Assembly (NCBI GenBank): GCA_003563895.1
Contig: PWTK01000029.1
Location: forward strand, 2,378 to 66,377
DNA from: Syntrophomonadaceae bacterium
GTDB lineage: Bacteria; Bacillota; Dethiobacteria; DTU022; UBA8154
Reading direction: 5' to 3'
DNA: 64,000 nt
Shown piece by piece: positions 45,184 to 55,111 of the stretch. The translations under genes were made by a program, and so were the position numbers. Position 1 is the stretch's first letter; each line of letters begins with the position of its first letter. The notes beneath the pieces are model-generated. The model was given only the letters and a program-made list of their open reading frames with translations, was not told the origin of the DNA and searched no databases.

Positions 45184-46086
45184 CTACCTCCTTTCGGCCT
45201 CATCGAGCCGTTTTTTGCGCTCTGCAACCACAAGGCCCAGGGCCAGCCCCGTATAGATCTGATCCGCTCCGTCGGAACGAGAAGGAATAATCACCGGCCC
45301 CCGGGAGCACATCACCACGGAAGCCCGATTTACATCAAGGAAAAAGTCCAACTTCACAATAATATTGCCGGTGTCGAGGTGAGGGATCAGGATAATATCC
45401 GGGAGCGCTTCGGATCCACCGCCGAGCCAATGCTTCAGATCCGCCCCCCATTCCAACCTGCAGGAAACCCCCTCCTCGGCAAAATACGTCTCTATTTTCT
45501 CGGCATCGCTTTTGGAAGCCACATTTTGATCGATTTCCCTGGCCGCAGTCAGAACGAGCACCCGGGGAAGTTCATAGCCGAACAATTTCATAAAATGAAC
45601 AGCACGCCGCAGTATATCGGCTTTTGTTTGCCAATCGGGCTTGATGTTCACTCCGGTGTCGGTCATCAAAATCAGGCGGTTTTCCTTTACCAGCTCCCAA
45701 AGGGAAAAAACTGCTATGCGTTCTCCCCCACCCGTTTGCTTTTCTTTTTCAATGATGGCCCGATAAATGTAAGAGGTGGGGATCTGTCCTTTGCAGACCA
45801 AGTCCAACTCCCCCTCAAAAAGCATGGCCAGGCCTGTTCGGGAAGCTTCCAGGCGGCTGAGCCGGTCGATAATCTCCACGTTCGACAGGTCAAACCCGGC
45901 CTGGTTCGCATAAGAGACAATTTTCCCTTCTTCTCCGATGAAGACAGGTTGAATCAATTCATCCCTCGCCGCCTTTTCGACACCCCCCAGCACCTCCCTA
46001 TCAGCCGGCAAAAGAAACGCCGTCCGCTGGGTGCCAATGCGGAGCGCTTCCTCTTCGATTTGTTTAAAATTTGTTATTTTTTGCAT
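45184..46086 (-). CDS. ptb: Phosphate butyryltransferase-like (PTA_PTB family)
   Basis: ORF 45184-46122, with start revised to ATG 46086 (GGGAGAGGAAGGG upstream). MQKITNFKQIEEEA... is Ptb-like throughout. Confidence 0.85.
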   Translation of the reverse strand: MQKITNFKQIEEEALRIGTQRTAFLLPADREVLGGVEKAARDELIQPVFIGEEGKIVSYANQAGFDLSNVEIIDRLSRLEASRTGLAMLFEGELDLVCKGQIPTSYIYRAIIEKEKQTGGGERIAVFSLWELVKENRLILMTDTGVNIKPDWQTKADILRRAVHFMKLFGYELPRVLVLTAAREIDQNVASKSDAEKIETYFAEEGVSCRLEWGADLKHWLGGGSEALPDIILIPHLDTGNIIVKLDFFLDVNRASVVMCSRGPVIIPSRSDGADQIYTGLALGLVVAERKKRLDEAERR

Positions 46087-46118
46087 GACCCTTCCTCTCC
46101 CTGTTTTAGACTGCCTCC

Positions 46119-47099
46119 TCAAAATGCCTTCAAGTGGATGATCCTGAGGCTGTAGCGCCCGAGCCCAAACGTGCTGCCCGCCCCCAGGTTGGTAAATTCG
46201 CCGAGCTTCAGGATCGGAGCATATTCCGCTGCCGAGCCCTCGTAGTGGACTTCACCGATAATCCCTTCCGGCCTGGAACTGCGCCCCGGAAACTGCTCCC
46301 AGGAAACAAACCGGGTCTGATCGCGGATAATTTCCACCCTGGCGGCGTCTCCCAAATATTTGCCGTAATCTAAATCCAGCTCTTTCAGCCCGTGATATTG
46401 ATAATAAAGCAGCGATATCCTTCTCAACAGCGCCCGGAGCACTACCTGGAAGGCGGGTCTTCTCAGTTTTTCTTCCTCCAACTGAAGGAGCAGGGGAGTT
46501 TGAAATTTCAAGGAAAACCTTTGGGCCGGCGGTTGCCTGGCAGCCCATTCTTCTATTTGGCTACCGGTAATGACAGCCTTATCAAATTTCTTTTGCACCG
46601 CTTCCCCGGAGCTCGGGGAAAACAGGGAACATCGCAGGCCGGAAAAAGGGTTGTTGAGCCTGGCTTCCTGCAGAAAGGCTCCCGTGCGCCGCCCCCTGGG
46701 CATGCTCCCCAAAAAAGTCTGCAGGCTTTTTAGCAGCACCGCAAGGTGTCCTATGCCGCTGCCAAAAAGGGTTAAGCCAAAAGCAAATTTTTCCCCTTCG
46801 AGATAACTGGTTTTCTTCTCCGGGGGAAAGCTCCAGGCCAGGGGAGGGACAACAGGAAAAAGCGGATGTGTCTTTTTGGCCTGCAGCTGCTCCGTTTCAT
46901 ACATCAGGGCAAAGGTGCAGCTTTGGAAAAGCGGGCAGCCACTGCAGACCTCGCGACTGATCCTGCAGGATTCGCTTCTTAAGGCTTCTTTAAAATCTTC
47001 ATCCCACAGCAGGGAGGCTTTTTCCTTGGGAAGCGTACCCATCTTTTCATGTATGGAAAAAACAAACTGACAGTTTGCCAGCCGAAAGTCCTGGATCAT
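46119..47099 (-). CDS. cas6: Orphan Cas6-type RAMP protein (CRISPR_Cas6/PF10040-like)
   Basis: ORF 46119-47156, with start revised to ATG 47099. Cys cluster CSGCPLFQSCTFALMYE, LKFQTPLLL, and a C-terminal G-rich loop GEFTNLGAGSTFGLGRY as in type III Cas6 proteins. Confidence 0.7.
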   Translation of the reverse strand: MIQDFRLANCQFVFSIHEKMGTLPKEKASLLWDEDFKEALRSESCRISREVCSGCPLFQSCTFALMYETEQLQAKKTHPLFPVVPPLAWSFPPEKKTSYLEGEKFAFGLTLFGSGIGHLAVLLKSLQTFLGSMPRGRRTGAFLQEARLNNPFSGLRCSLFSPSSGEAVQKKFDKAVITGSQIEEWAARQPPAQRFSLKFQTPLLLQLEEEKLRRPAFQVVLRALLRRISLLYYQYHGLKELDLDYGKYLGDAARVEIIRDQTRFVSWEQFPGRSSRPEGIIGEVHYEGSAAEYAPILKLGEFTNLGAGSTFGLGRYSLRIIHLKAF

Positions 47100-47229
47100 T
47101 GTTATTTCCTGCTCCCCGTGTGGAAAAATGATTAAAGAGTGGCATTTTCCATACAATTCTTTCTGTCAGCCCGATTTTCCTGCCTCTTCAGATTTTTATT
47201 GCTTCGCTAGTGAATGTCGGTTAATTTTA

Positions 47230-47238
47230 TGTTATAAT
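47230..47238 (+). promoter_or_regulatory. Extended -10 element (TGtTATAAT) upstream of clpB
   Basis: tgttataat lies in an AT-rich region about 100 nt upstream of the clpB ATG. Confidence 0.45.
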
Positions 47239-47338
47239 TTTTTATGGAGATACAATTATTACCTTTATAAACATTAGAAGATATACAAATATTGTAATTC
47301 AAAAGGAGGTGAAACCTGGCTGCAGGCCAGGTAAAATC

Positions 47339-49957
47339 ATGGATTTAAACCGCTTAACAACCAGGGCACGCGAAGCAGTGGCCGCATCTCAAAACCTCGC
47401 CGCCCGGTATCACCACCAACAAATTGATTGCGAACACTTGCTGCTGTCCCTGCTGGAACAGGAAAACGGCCTGGCACCTGATTTGCTGAACAAGGCCGGG
47501 CTGGATGCACGAGAGATAAAAAGCCGGGTGGAATCTTACCTGGCAAAACAACCGAAAGTCTATGTAAAAGAAGGAGCCGAACAGATATATCTCAGCCCCC
47601 GCCTGGCGAGGGTGCTGGATAAATCCCAGGAGGAAGCGGCGTCTTTAAAAGACGAATACATCAGCACGGAGCACCTGCTCCTGGGATTGTGGGAAGTGGG
47701 TGAAAGCGAAGCGGCGCGTATTCTAAAACAAGCCGGCCTGGAACGCACCCGCCTGCTTCAGGCCCTGCAGTCGATTCGCGGTCACCAGAGGGTTACCAAC
47801 CCCGATCCCGAAGGCACCTACCAGGCCCTGGAAAAGTACGGCCGGGATCTCACCCGGGTGGCCGAGGATGGCAAGCTGGATCCTGTCATAGGGCGTGACG
47901 AAGAGATCCGCCGCGTTGTTCAGGTCTTATCGCGCCGCACAAAAAATAACCCGGTCCTCATCGGGGACCCCGGCGTGGGGAAGACCGCCATCGCGGAAGG
48001 GCTTGCCCAGCGTATAGTTAGAAACGACGTGCCCGAGGGCTTGAAAGAAAAGCGCATTTTTGCGCTGGATATGGGCGCCCTGCTGGCAGGGGCCAAATAC
48101 CGCGGTGAATTCGAAGAGCGCCTGAAAGCGGTGCTCAAGGAAATTCAGGAATCGGACGGAGAAATCATCCTTTTCATCGACGAGCTGCATACCGTCGTCG
48201 GAGCCGGTGCAGCCGAAGGCGCCATGGATGCCAGCAACATTTTAAAACCCATGCTGGCAAGGGGTGAGCTGCACTGCATCGGAGCCACCACCCTCACCGA
48301 GTACCGCAAGCACATTGAAAAGGATGCCGCGCTGGAGAGGCGTTTCCAGCCGGTTCTCATCCGGGAACCGGATATCAACGATTCCATCTCTATCCTGAGG
48401 GGCTTAAAAGAGCGCTATGAAGTCCACCACGGCGTGCGAATCAAGGATTCAGCCCTGGTAGCTGCTGTCACGCTCAGCCAGCGCTATATCACGGACCGCT
48501 TTCTTCCGGACAAGGCCATTGACCTGGTGGACGAAGCGGCTGCCCTGATCAGGGCCGAAATCGACAGCATGCCGGTGGAGATGGACGAGGTTACACGGCG
48601 CGTCATGCAGCTAAAAACGGAAAAAGAGGCCTTGAAAATGGAAACCGATGAAAGCTCGCAGAAACGGCTGGAAGAAGTGGAAAAAGAGCTGGCCGAACTG
48701 GAAGAAGAAGCCGCTCGGTTGAAAGCACGCTGGGAAGAGGAGAAGGAGCACATCTCCAGGGTCAGGAATTTAAAAGAAGAAATTGAAAACACCAAGCTGG
48801 AGATGGAAAAAGCGGAAAAAGCATACGAGCTGAACAGGCTGGCCGAACTGAAGTACGGGCGGATGCCCGAACTCGAGCAGCAGCTGAAAGAAGCGGAAGA
48901 ACAGCTTTACCAGGGAGGCCTGCGGCTGCTGAAAGAAGAAGTGGACGAAGAAGATATCGCCGCTGTCGTCAGCCGCTGGACGGGGATCCCCGTCAGCAAG
49001 CTCCTGGAGGGCGAACGCCAGAAAATACTGCAGCTGGAAGACAGGCTCCACGAGAGGGTGGTAGGGCAGCACGAAGCCGTCCAAGCCGTCAGCGAAGCCG
49101 TTTTAAGGGCTCGTTCGGGCATCAAAGACCCCGACCGGCCCATCGGGTCCTTTATCTTCCTGGGGCCGACCGGGGTAGGAAAGACAGAACTGGCCCGTTC
49201 TCTGGCCTACACCCTTTTCGATGACGAAAATGCCCTGATTCGGCTGGACATGTCGGAATACATGGAAAAACACTCCGTGGCGAGATTGATCGGGGCACCG
49301 CCGGGCTATGTGGGCTTCGAAGAGGGGGGCCAGCTGACCAACGCCGTCCGCAAAAGGCCCTTTTCCGTTCTGCTCTTCGATGAGATCGAAAAAGCCCACG
49401 GCGACGTCTTCAATGCCCTTCTTCAAATTTTGGATGACGGACGCCTGACAGACTCGCAGGGTCGGACGGTAGATTTTCGCAACACCGTCATCATCATGAC
49501 GTCCAACCTGGGCAGCCAGTTGATTACCGAAGCCGAAAGCCACAGCGAAAGCTCCTTTGAACGGGTTCGGGAACAGGTTTTGGCCCAGCTGCGTTCCTTT
49601 TTCCGCCCCGAGTTCCTGAACCGGGTAGACGAAATCGTGGTTTTCCATCCCCTGGAGATGGAGCACCTGCGGCAGATCGTAAAAATCCAGGCAGGCCGCT
49701 TGTTAAAGCGCCTGGAAGATCAGCACATGAGGCTGGAACTCACGCCGGAGGCGGAAGAGTACCTTGCAGAAGTCGGGTATGACCCCGTATACGGCGCCAG
49801 GCCGCTGAAAAGAGCCATACAGAAAGAGCTCGAAACGCCGCTGGCTCGAAAACTGCTGGGAGGGCAGTTTAAGGCGGGAGACACCATCCTGGTTGACCGG
49901 GAAAACGGAAGCCTGGCATTTACAAATAAGAGGAAGGCAGCAGTCCAGGAGGCGTAA
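47339..49957 (+). CDS. clpB: ATP-dependent chaperone/disaggregase ClpB
   Basis: ORF 47309-49957, with start revised to ATG 47339 ([14 protein letters not shown]). Two AAA+ Walker A motifs ([16 protein letters not shown]) and a long middle coiled coil. Confidence 0.95.
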   Translation: MDLNRLTTRAREAVAASQNLAARYHHQQIDCEHLLLSLLEQENGLAPDLLNKAGLDAREIKSRVESYLAKQPKVYVKEGAEQIYLSPRLARVLDKSQEEAASLKDEYISTEHLLLGLWEVGESEAARILKQAGLERTRLLQALQSIRGHQRVTNPDPEGTYQALEKYGRDLTRVAEDGKLDPVIGRDEEIRRVVQVLSRRTKNNPVLIGDPGVGKTAIAEGLAQRIVRNDVPEGLKEKRIFALDMGALLAGAKYRGEFEERLKAVLKEIQESDGEIILFIDELHTVVGAGAAEGAMDASNILKPMLARGELHCIGATTLTEYRKHIEKDAALERRFQPVLIREPDINDSISILRGLKERYEVHHGVRIKDSALVAAVTLSQRYITDRFLPDKAIDLVDEAAALIRAEIDSMPVEMDEVTRRVMQLKTEKEALKMETDESSQKRLEEVEKELAELEEEAARLKARWEEEKEHISRVRNLKEEIENTKLEMEKAEKAYELNRLAELKYGRMPELEQQLKEAEEQLYQGGLRLLKEEVDEEDIAAVVSRWTGIPVSKLLEGERQKILQLEDRLHERVVGQHEAVQAVSEAVLRARSGIKDPDRPIGSFIFLGPTGVGKTELARSLAYTLFDDENALIRLDMSEYMEKHSVARLIGAPPGYVGFEEGGQLTNAVRKRPFSVLLFDEIEKAHGDVFNALLQILDDGRLTDSQGRTVDFRNTVIIMTSNLGSQLITEAESHSESSFERVREQVLAQLRSFFRPEFLNRVDEIVVFHPLEMEHLRQIVKIQAGRLLKRLEDQHMRLELTPEAEEYLAEVGYDPVYGARPLKRAIQKELETPLARKLLGGQFKAGDTILVDRENGSLAFTNKRKAAVQEA

Positions 49958-50051
49958 AACCTGCGCAGGTTTAACGGGAATAGCACATTTTCACAGAAAG
50001 CCCGGCTTTTCCCAAAAAGTCGGGCTTCTCAATTTTGGCGCCGGATCACAG

Positions 50052-50091
50052 AAAAAGCAGCGGTGCCCGCCCGGCGTTGCCGCTGCTTTTT
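50052..50091. terminator. Bidirectional terminator between clpB and Mrp-2
   Basis: gcagcgg...ccgctgc stem flanked by an A5 run and a T5 run. Confidence 0.7.
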
Positions 50092-50126
50092 CGTGGTCAC
50101 CCGGGAAGGCGCACCCTCCCCGTTTC

Positions 50127-52151
50127 CTACCAAACACCAACACCAATGATACCGAACTGCAGGTAAAACAGGAATACCAGCGCAATCCCGAGCATGCTCA
50201 TGATCAGCAGAACGTCAAAATCGATGTTCATGAGGTTGACAAAACGGAGCACCCTCGATTCACCGGGCCGGTAATCGAGCCCCTGCAGCAACCGGAAACC
50301 AAAGGTAAATATTCCGCTGAAAATGTTCCCGAAAAACCTCACAATGCCCAAAACAACGAAACCGAGGCCGTTCCAGAAAGCGACAACTGCCCGCCCCACC
50401 TTGGAAGCCATGAATTCCTGTCCAAGCCAGTAGGGGACATCCGCCCTGAAAAGACCGGTCTTGAGTCCGATAAAAAAGGCCAGGGAACCCAGGCCTATCA
50501 CAATAAACTGCGGAATGAGATCATATGCCGCGAAAAAGTTAATACCGACAATATGATCTTCAATAAAATGCGGGTCGAAGATAAAATAATGCAGCGTGGG
50601 AACGATCAAGCTTTCCAGCATGAAGCCCGGATTAATGCCAATAAAAACAATGGTTGCGGCCAGCATGGCCATCCCAATTTTCATGGCCAGCGATTCGGGC
50701 TTCAGTTTTTCAATCTTCTCTTTGCTCTCCGGCGGAGGTTCCCGCAGGAAGGTCAGGTAAATAAACTTCAGGTAATACAGCACCGTACCGGCAGCGGTAA
50801 TCATAAAGATCCGCTCAGCCTCAAGAAGAGCGGCCACACCATAGTGCTCATAAGCTTCCACAATAGCGTGGTGCAGCAGCACCTTGCTGACATAGCCGTT
50901 AAAAAGGGGCACACCGGCAATCCCCATGGCGGCGATGAACACCACCACCGTGGTAAAGGGCAGTTTTCGCCAGAGCCCCCCCAGGTTGTACATGTTCAAA
51001 TCATCCAGCTTGTAGGCGATCACGCCGGCCACGAGAAAGAGGGCGGACTTGAAAAGAGCATGGTTGACGATATGGTAAGAAGCGCCGGCCATACCCATCG
51101 CTCCGTCGTATTTCAGGTAACCCGCCACACCGACCCCCACCAGGATAAAGCCCATCTGGCTGATGCTGCTGCATGCCAGCATCTTTTTGATATTTTCCTG
51201 GATGAGGGCCAGCACCACACCGAGAAACATGGTACAGATCCCGATCCAGATGATCACATGCCCCATGGTGGAAACAACCGCCCAAAAATCCTCGAAGTAC
51301 TGCGGCAGCAGTTTTGCCACAGTGGGATCGATGGTGGGCACCAGCAGCACATTGGTCACACGGATGATCCCGTATGCGCCGGTTTTGATCATGATGCCCG
51401 AAAGCAGGGCGCTGGCAGGCGCCGGCGCCACGGGATGAGCCCTGGGAAGCCAGATGTGAAGGGGAGCCATCCCCGCTTTAATCCCAAATCCGATGATCAT
51501 GAGTATTGCCGCCAGAGGGATGATGCTGTCCATCCCTTTCAGGATGACCGTTCCCGGAAGTATATCCAGGGTGCCGTTGCGGTAAAACAGAAGCGCCAGC
51601 CCGGTCAGAATGCTCATCCCCCCGGCTACACCCAGGTAGAGGTAGAGTTCTCCAGCGCTGTATGCTTCCTCCATCTGGGTGTGCACAACCAGGGCGTAAG
51701 AAGCCAGCGACATGATTTCGAAAAACAGCAGCAAGCTCAAAAAATCCCCGGCCAGCGGCACCCCCACCGTCCCCGACATAGTCAGCAGCAATAAACTATA
51801 AAAGCGCCCTCGGTTTTCTTCGTGGGTCATGTAAGACAGGGCAAATATCGTCGCGGCCAGCCAGACAAAACAGGATATCAAGGCAACGATCAGGCTGAAA
51901 CCGTCCACCCGAAAGGTCAAGTTAATCGGTGATACGATCTTGAAAAGCTCAAAGGTAATGACCTGCCCCTTCGTCACCACCTCCGGATACATGAGGGCCA
52001 CCACACACAGTGCAGCGGCCGTGGCCAGGGTGGCAACAAAATTCCTCCATCGTTCCGAATAAAAGGAAACCAGGGCCACCAACCCGGAAGCTACTGCCGG
52101 GATCAAAACGGCCAGCAGGGGCAGGTAGGAAACATCGATCAATTGGGGCAT
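50127..52151 (-). CDS. Antiporter-like large subunit (NuoL/MrpA-type), paralogue of 3334-5772 without the repeat region
   Basis: 674-aa polytopic ORF with motif HIWLPRAHPVAPAPASALLSG. Its C-terminal anchor NIDFDVLLIMSMLGIALVFLFY matches that of the paralogue. Confidence 0.8.
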   Translation of the reverse strand: MPQLIDVSYLPLLAVLIPAVASGLVALVSFYSERWRNFVATLATAAALCVVALMYPEVVTKGQVITFELFKIVSPINLTFRVDGFSLIVALISCFVWLAATIFALSYMTHEENRGRFYSLLLLTMSGTVGVPLAGDFLSLLLFFEIMSLASYALVVHTQMEEAYSAGELYLYLGVAGGMSILTGLALLFYRNGTLDILPGTVILKGMDSIIPLAAILMIIGFGIKAGMAPLHIWLPRAHPVAPAPASALLSGIMIKTGAYGIIRVTNVLLVPTIDPTVAKLLPQYFEDFWAVVSTMGHVIIWIGICTMFLGVVLALIQENIKKMLACSSISQMGFILVGVGVAGYLKYDGAMGMAGASYHIVNHALFKSALFLVAGVIAYKLDDLNMYNLGGLWRKLPFTTVVVFIAAMGIAGVPLFNGYVSKVLLHHAIVEAYEHYGVAALLEAERIFMITAAGTVLYYLKFIYLTFLREPPPESKEKIEKLKPESLAMKIGMAMLAATIVFIGINPGFMLESLIVPTLHYFIFDPHFIEDHIVGINFFAAYDLIPQFIVIGLGSLAFFIGLKTGLFRADVPYWLGQEFMASKVGRAVVAFWNGLGFVVLGIVRFFGNIFSGIFTFGFRLLQGLDYRPGESRVLRFVNLMNIDFDVLLIMSMLGIALVFLFYLQFGIIGVGVW

Positions 52152-52290
52152 TTACTTTTCACCCCCCGATGCAGTATATGAAATTCGTTCTATCGACAAA
52201 GAATTTCCTGCACGCCTACAATACAATGTATGTGCACCAGCCTGCTCCGGCTATTATATCTTTTTTGGATCAACCGGGCAGCTGTATCCA

Positions 52291-53745
52291 TCACCACAAG
52301 TAGCTGACGACGCCTTCCACAAAGGGCAGCGTGAGCTCCAGCCTGATCCCTACCACAATACAGGTAATCGCCAGCACAGCGATGGGGAGAATCATGCTCA
52401 ATGGAGCTTCTATGCCCTGGGGAGGCTCAAAGTCACCCTTTTTGAAAAAAGCAGCCGTAACAATGGGGAAAAAGTAAACCGCGTTTAGCAGCGCACTGGA
52501 AACAAGGATCACCAGGAAAATGGGCGTTCCCGCTTCCAGGCTTCCCCACATCAGGTACCACTTCGAAATGAATCCGTTCACGGGCAGTATCCCGACCATC
52601 CCGATACTGCCCACGGCAAAGGCCAGCATGGTAATGGGCATGCGGCGCCCGATTCCGTTCAGCTCGCTGATCTTCTTCTTGCCGGTGGCCGTGGCAATGG
52701 CCCCCGCACAAAAAAAGAGCGTGATTTTGAGCAGGGCGTGGTTTATGATATGCAGCAATCCACCCCCCAGCCCGATAGGGGTCAAAAGCGCCGCGCCCAG
52801 GGTAATGTATCCCAGCTGTCCGATGGTGGAATAAGCCAGACGCCTCTTCAAAACGTCCTGCCTCATCGCGATGATGGAGGCGACCAGGATCGTAAATGAA
52901 ACCAGTACGGCCACGATGATGCCGACGTTCAACTCAATCATTGCCGAAGAACCGTAAACCGAATACATCACCCTAAGAATGCCGAAAACACCGGACTTAA
53001 CCACCGCCACCGCATGCAGAAGTGCGCTCACCGGCGTCGGTGCAGCCATCGCCGAGGGCAGCCAGGAATGGAGCGGCATAATCGCCGCCTTCACGCCAAA
53101 CCCCAGGATATACGTGATAAAAACGATGCGCAAAGTCATGGGAGCCGTTTCCACGACCTCGCCCACGATCCCGCCCTGGGCAAAAGCCAGGCTCCCGACC
53201 TGCCCGTAAGTCATGAGTAGTGAAAAAAGCACCAAGCCTGCGCCTAAAAAACTGTAAATCATGTAACGGACCCCGGCTTCCTGCGCTTCCTGGTGCCCTT
53301 CGTGGATCACCAGCGGATAGGTGGCCAGGGTGAGCATTTCATAAAACAGGTACAGGGTGAACAGGTTGTCCGCAAAAGCGACGCCCATGGTCACGCCTAA
53401 CGAGATCATGTAGAAAATAAAAAAGCGCCTGCGGTTGTGTTCATGGGCCATGTACCCGATTGAATACAGAACCGAGAAAACCCAAAGAATTGAGGCCGCC
53501 CCGCCAAACAGCGCCCCCAGGGGATCCACCCGGAGGGTAAACTCCAGCCCCGGTAGAATCTCGATAATCGTATAGGTAACGATATAGCCCTCTATGACCA
53601 TCTGGAGGACCAGGACCACGAGAAAAGCAGTAACCAGGCTAATCGCAAAGGCAAAGGGATTGCGGAGATTGTCTCTTTGCTCGGGGATAAAGACCAAGAT
53701 CACTGCCCCCAGCAGAGGTATGAGAATCGCCAAAAACGGCAACAT
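52291..53745 (-). CDS. mnhD: Mrp/Mnh subunit D-like (NuoM/N-type) antiporter-like subunit
   Basis: 484-aa ORF with motif HSWLPSAMAAPTPVSALLHA. Confidence 0.85.
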   Translation of the reverse strand: MLPFLAILIPLLGAVILVFIPEQRDNLRNPFAFAISLVTAFLVVLVLQMVIEGYIVTYTIIEILPGLEFTLRVDPLGALFGGAASILWVFSVLYSIGYMAHEHNRRRFFIFYMISLGVTMGVAFADNLFTLYLFYEMLTLATYPLVIHEGHQEAQEAGVRYMIYSFLGAGLVLFSLLMTYGQVGSLAFAQGGIVGEVVETAPMTLRIVFITYILGFGVKAAIMPLHSWLPSAMAAPTPVSALLHAVAVVKSGVFGILRVMYSVYGSSAMIELNVGIIVAVLVSFTILVASIIAMRQDVLKRRLAYSTIGQLGYITLGAALLTPIGLGGGLLHIINHALLKITLFFCAGAIATATGKKKISELNGIGRRMPITMLAFAVGSIGMVGILPVNGFISKWYLMWGSLEAGTPIFLVILVSSALLNAVYFFPIVTAAFFKKGDFEPPQGIEAPLSMILPIAVLAITCIVVGIRLELTLPFVEGVVSYLW

Positions 53746-53800
53746 AGATGCTTTTTCCAGCTAAATCACCACCCTTCCAGCCTACATTATATTCTTTTAT

Positions 53801-53951
53801 CTGGCTATCAAGCTTAATCAGAAACTCCGATTTACAAGCCTTATGATATGGCCATTTAACAGATCTTCAGCACATTATCTTGTGAAGTCCATCTAAAGCC
53901 TTGAATATACAGGCCTCGTTCACTATTACCCTGAGCTAACTGATAGTCATG
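53801..53951. mobile_element. MITE B3 (divergent member of the B family) inside the Mrp-2 operon
   Basis: Flanked by the 9-bp direct repeat ttcttttat (53792-53800 and 53952-53960). Termini ctggctatcaagcttaatcag / ccctgagctaactgatagtcatg. Confidence 0.75.
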
Positions 53952-53965
53952 TTCTTTTATTCTTT

Positions 53966-54106
53966 GATAATTATCGATTTAGCTCAGGAACCTTTTATAC
54001 ATGATGCGCTGGCTAAATGGATTCCAGTGCCACAGGTGCGGGCATGAGCATACTTACGAGATTGTAACCAAGAAACTGCCCTTTCCTGAGTTAATCGGAT
54101 AGCCAT
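53966..54106. mobile_element. IS1595-family deletion derivative (MITE E2) with a transposase zinc-ribbon remnant
   Basis: Termini gataattatcgatttagctcagg / cctgagttaatcggatagccat. Ends 12 bp from the stop of the upstream mbhE-like gene. Confidence 0.7.
54001..54102 (+). pseudogene. Remnant of the IS1595-type transposase N-terminal zinc ribbon
   Basis: The 33-codon remnant MMRWLNGFQCHRCGHEHTYEIVTKKLPF... matches the LRWPNGFxCPxCG signature. Confidence 0.65.
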
Positions 54107-54118
54107 AAATTTCTTTTT

Positions 54119-54424
54119 TTATTCTTTCACGCTCTGTACGCCCCAGAGCACAATAATTGCCATAACTGCTGTAAAGAGCACCGTGGTTTCCAGCATGGTA
54201 TCGTAAGCGCGGTAGTCCAGCAGAACATTGGTTACAAAATTGTAGCCGCCGCTTTCCTCTACCCCCTTGTCCACGTAGCGCTTCATCACATAATTGTTGG
54301 TCGGGTTGTCCACTTCTCCGTAATCGGGCATTTCAACAACGGTCATCATCAGCACCCCCGCTATCATGATGACCAGGAGAGCAACCGTGCACAAGTAAAT
54401 TATTTCCCGCCAGTTAACCCTCAT
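54119..54424 (-). CDS. MnhB-related small subunit (MbhE-type), Mrp-2
   Basis: 101-aa ORF with motif FVTNVLLDYRAYDTMLE. Paralogue of 9730-10077. Confidence 0.75.
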   Translation of the reverse strand: MRVNWREIIYLCTVALLVIMIAGVLMMTVVEMPDYGEVDNPTNNYVMKRYVDKGVEESGGYNFVTNVLLDYRAYDTMLETTVLFTAVMAIIVLWGVQSVKE

Positions 54425-54672
54425 GTCGGACGCCTCCCCACTTTGGCTACCACTGTAATAAGAATAATTGAAATGCCGATCCCCACGGCAGCTTCGGTGA
54501 TTGCTATGTCGGGAGAGTTAAGCTGCTGCCAGACCAGGGACATGATGGTGCTGTACCCAGCAAAAATAATGATTACATACAAAAGGTCTTCGAAGATAAA
54601 AACAGAAAGGGCCGCCAGTACGAGAAGGATTAAAAGGACGAAAATAAAGTATTCTGTGAGCATTACAACCAT
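54421..54672 (-). CDS. DUF4040/MbhD-type small subunit, Mrp-2
   Basis: 83-aa ORF with 3 TM helices. Paralogue of 10349-10585; overlaps the downstream gene by 4 nt. Confidence 0.75.
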   Translation of the reverse strand: MVVMLTEYFIFVLLILLVLAALSVFIFEDLLYVIIIFAGYSTIMSLVWQQLNSPDIAITEAAVGIGISIILITVVAKVGRRPT

Positions 54673-54675
54673 CTT

Positions 54676-55035
54676 TTACTCACCTTCTTCCGAGAAAAAA
54701 TCTTCTTCTTCTTCATAGTACGTGCTGACCACGAAACTCCCCTCAGCTAATGGAGTCCCGCGCACATAGGCCGTTTTGGTGATCAAGTGCGTCATAACGG
54801 GGTTGATGGTTAAAACGAGGGCACCCATCAGGAGCAGCTTAACAATATTTTCCATTCCAGGAACAACGAATACCAATCCCAGGATAATCAACCCCGACCC
54901 TAAGGTGTCACTTTTCCCCAGAGCGTGGAGGCGGTTGTAAACATCGGGGAGACGGACCAGCCCGACAGCACCCACCATCAGGAAGAAAAACCCCCCCAGC
55001 ATTAAAACAATCGCGACGATCTCGTTCAACAGCAT
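54676..55035 (-). CDS. mnhG: Mrp/Mnh subunit G, Mrp-2
   Basis: 119-aa ORF with motif GLVRLPDVYNRLHALGKSDTLG. Confidence 0.85.
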   Translation of the reverse strand: MLLNEIVAIVLMLGGFFFLMVGAVGLVRLPDVYNRLHALGKSDTLGSGLIILGLVFVVPGMENIVKLLLMGALVLTINPVMTHLITKTAYVRGTPLAEGSFVVSTYYEEEEDFFSEEGE

Positions 55036-55111
55036 TATAAAGCCCCCTTTTGGCTGCTTGAGCGCCTTATCACCTGCAGGGTGGTCCAGGTTATATTTTA
55101 AGGCATACTTC

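Noticed and set aside
47160-47310. Searched the clpB upstream region for CIRCE (TTAGCACTC-N9-GAGTGCTAA) or CtsR (GGTCAAA direct repeat) operators
   Set aside because: Neither consensus is present. I found only an extended -10 element and the SD-spacer hairpin.
49893-51794. 633-aa plus-strand ORF overlapping the clpB end and the NuoL-like gene
   Set aside because: The sequence is low-complexity (His/Gln/Lys/Gly-rich) with no recognisable domain. It is the antisense shadow of a well-supported membrane-protein gene and spans a bidirectional terminator.
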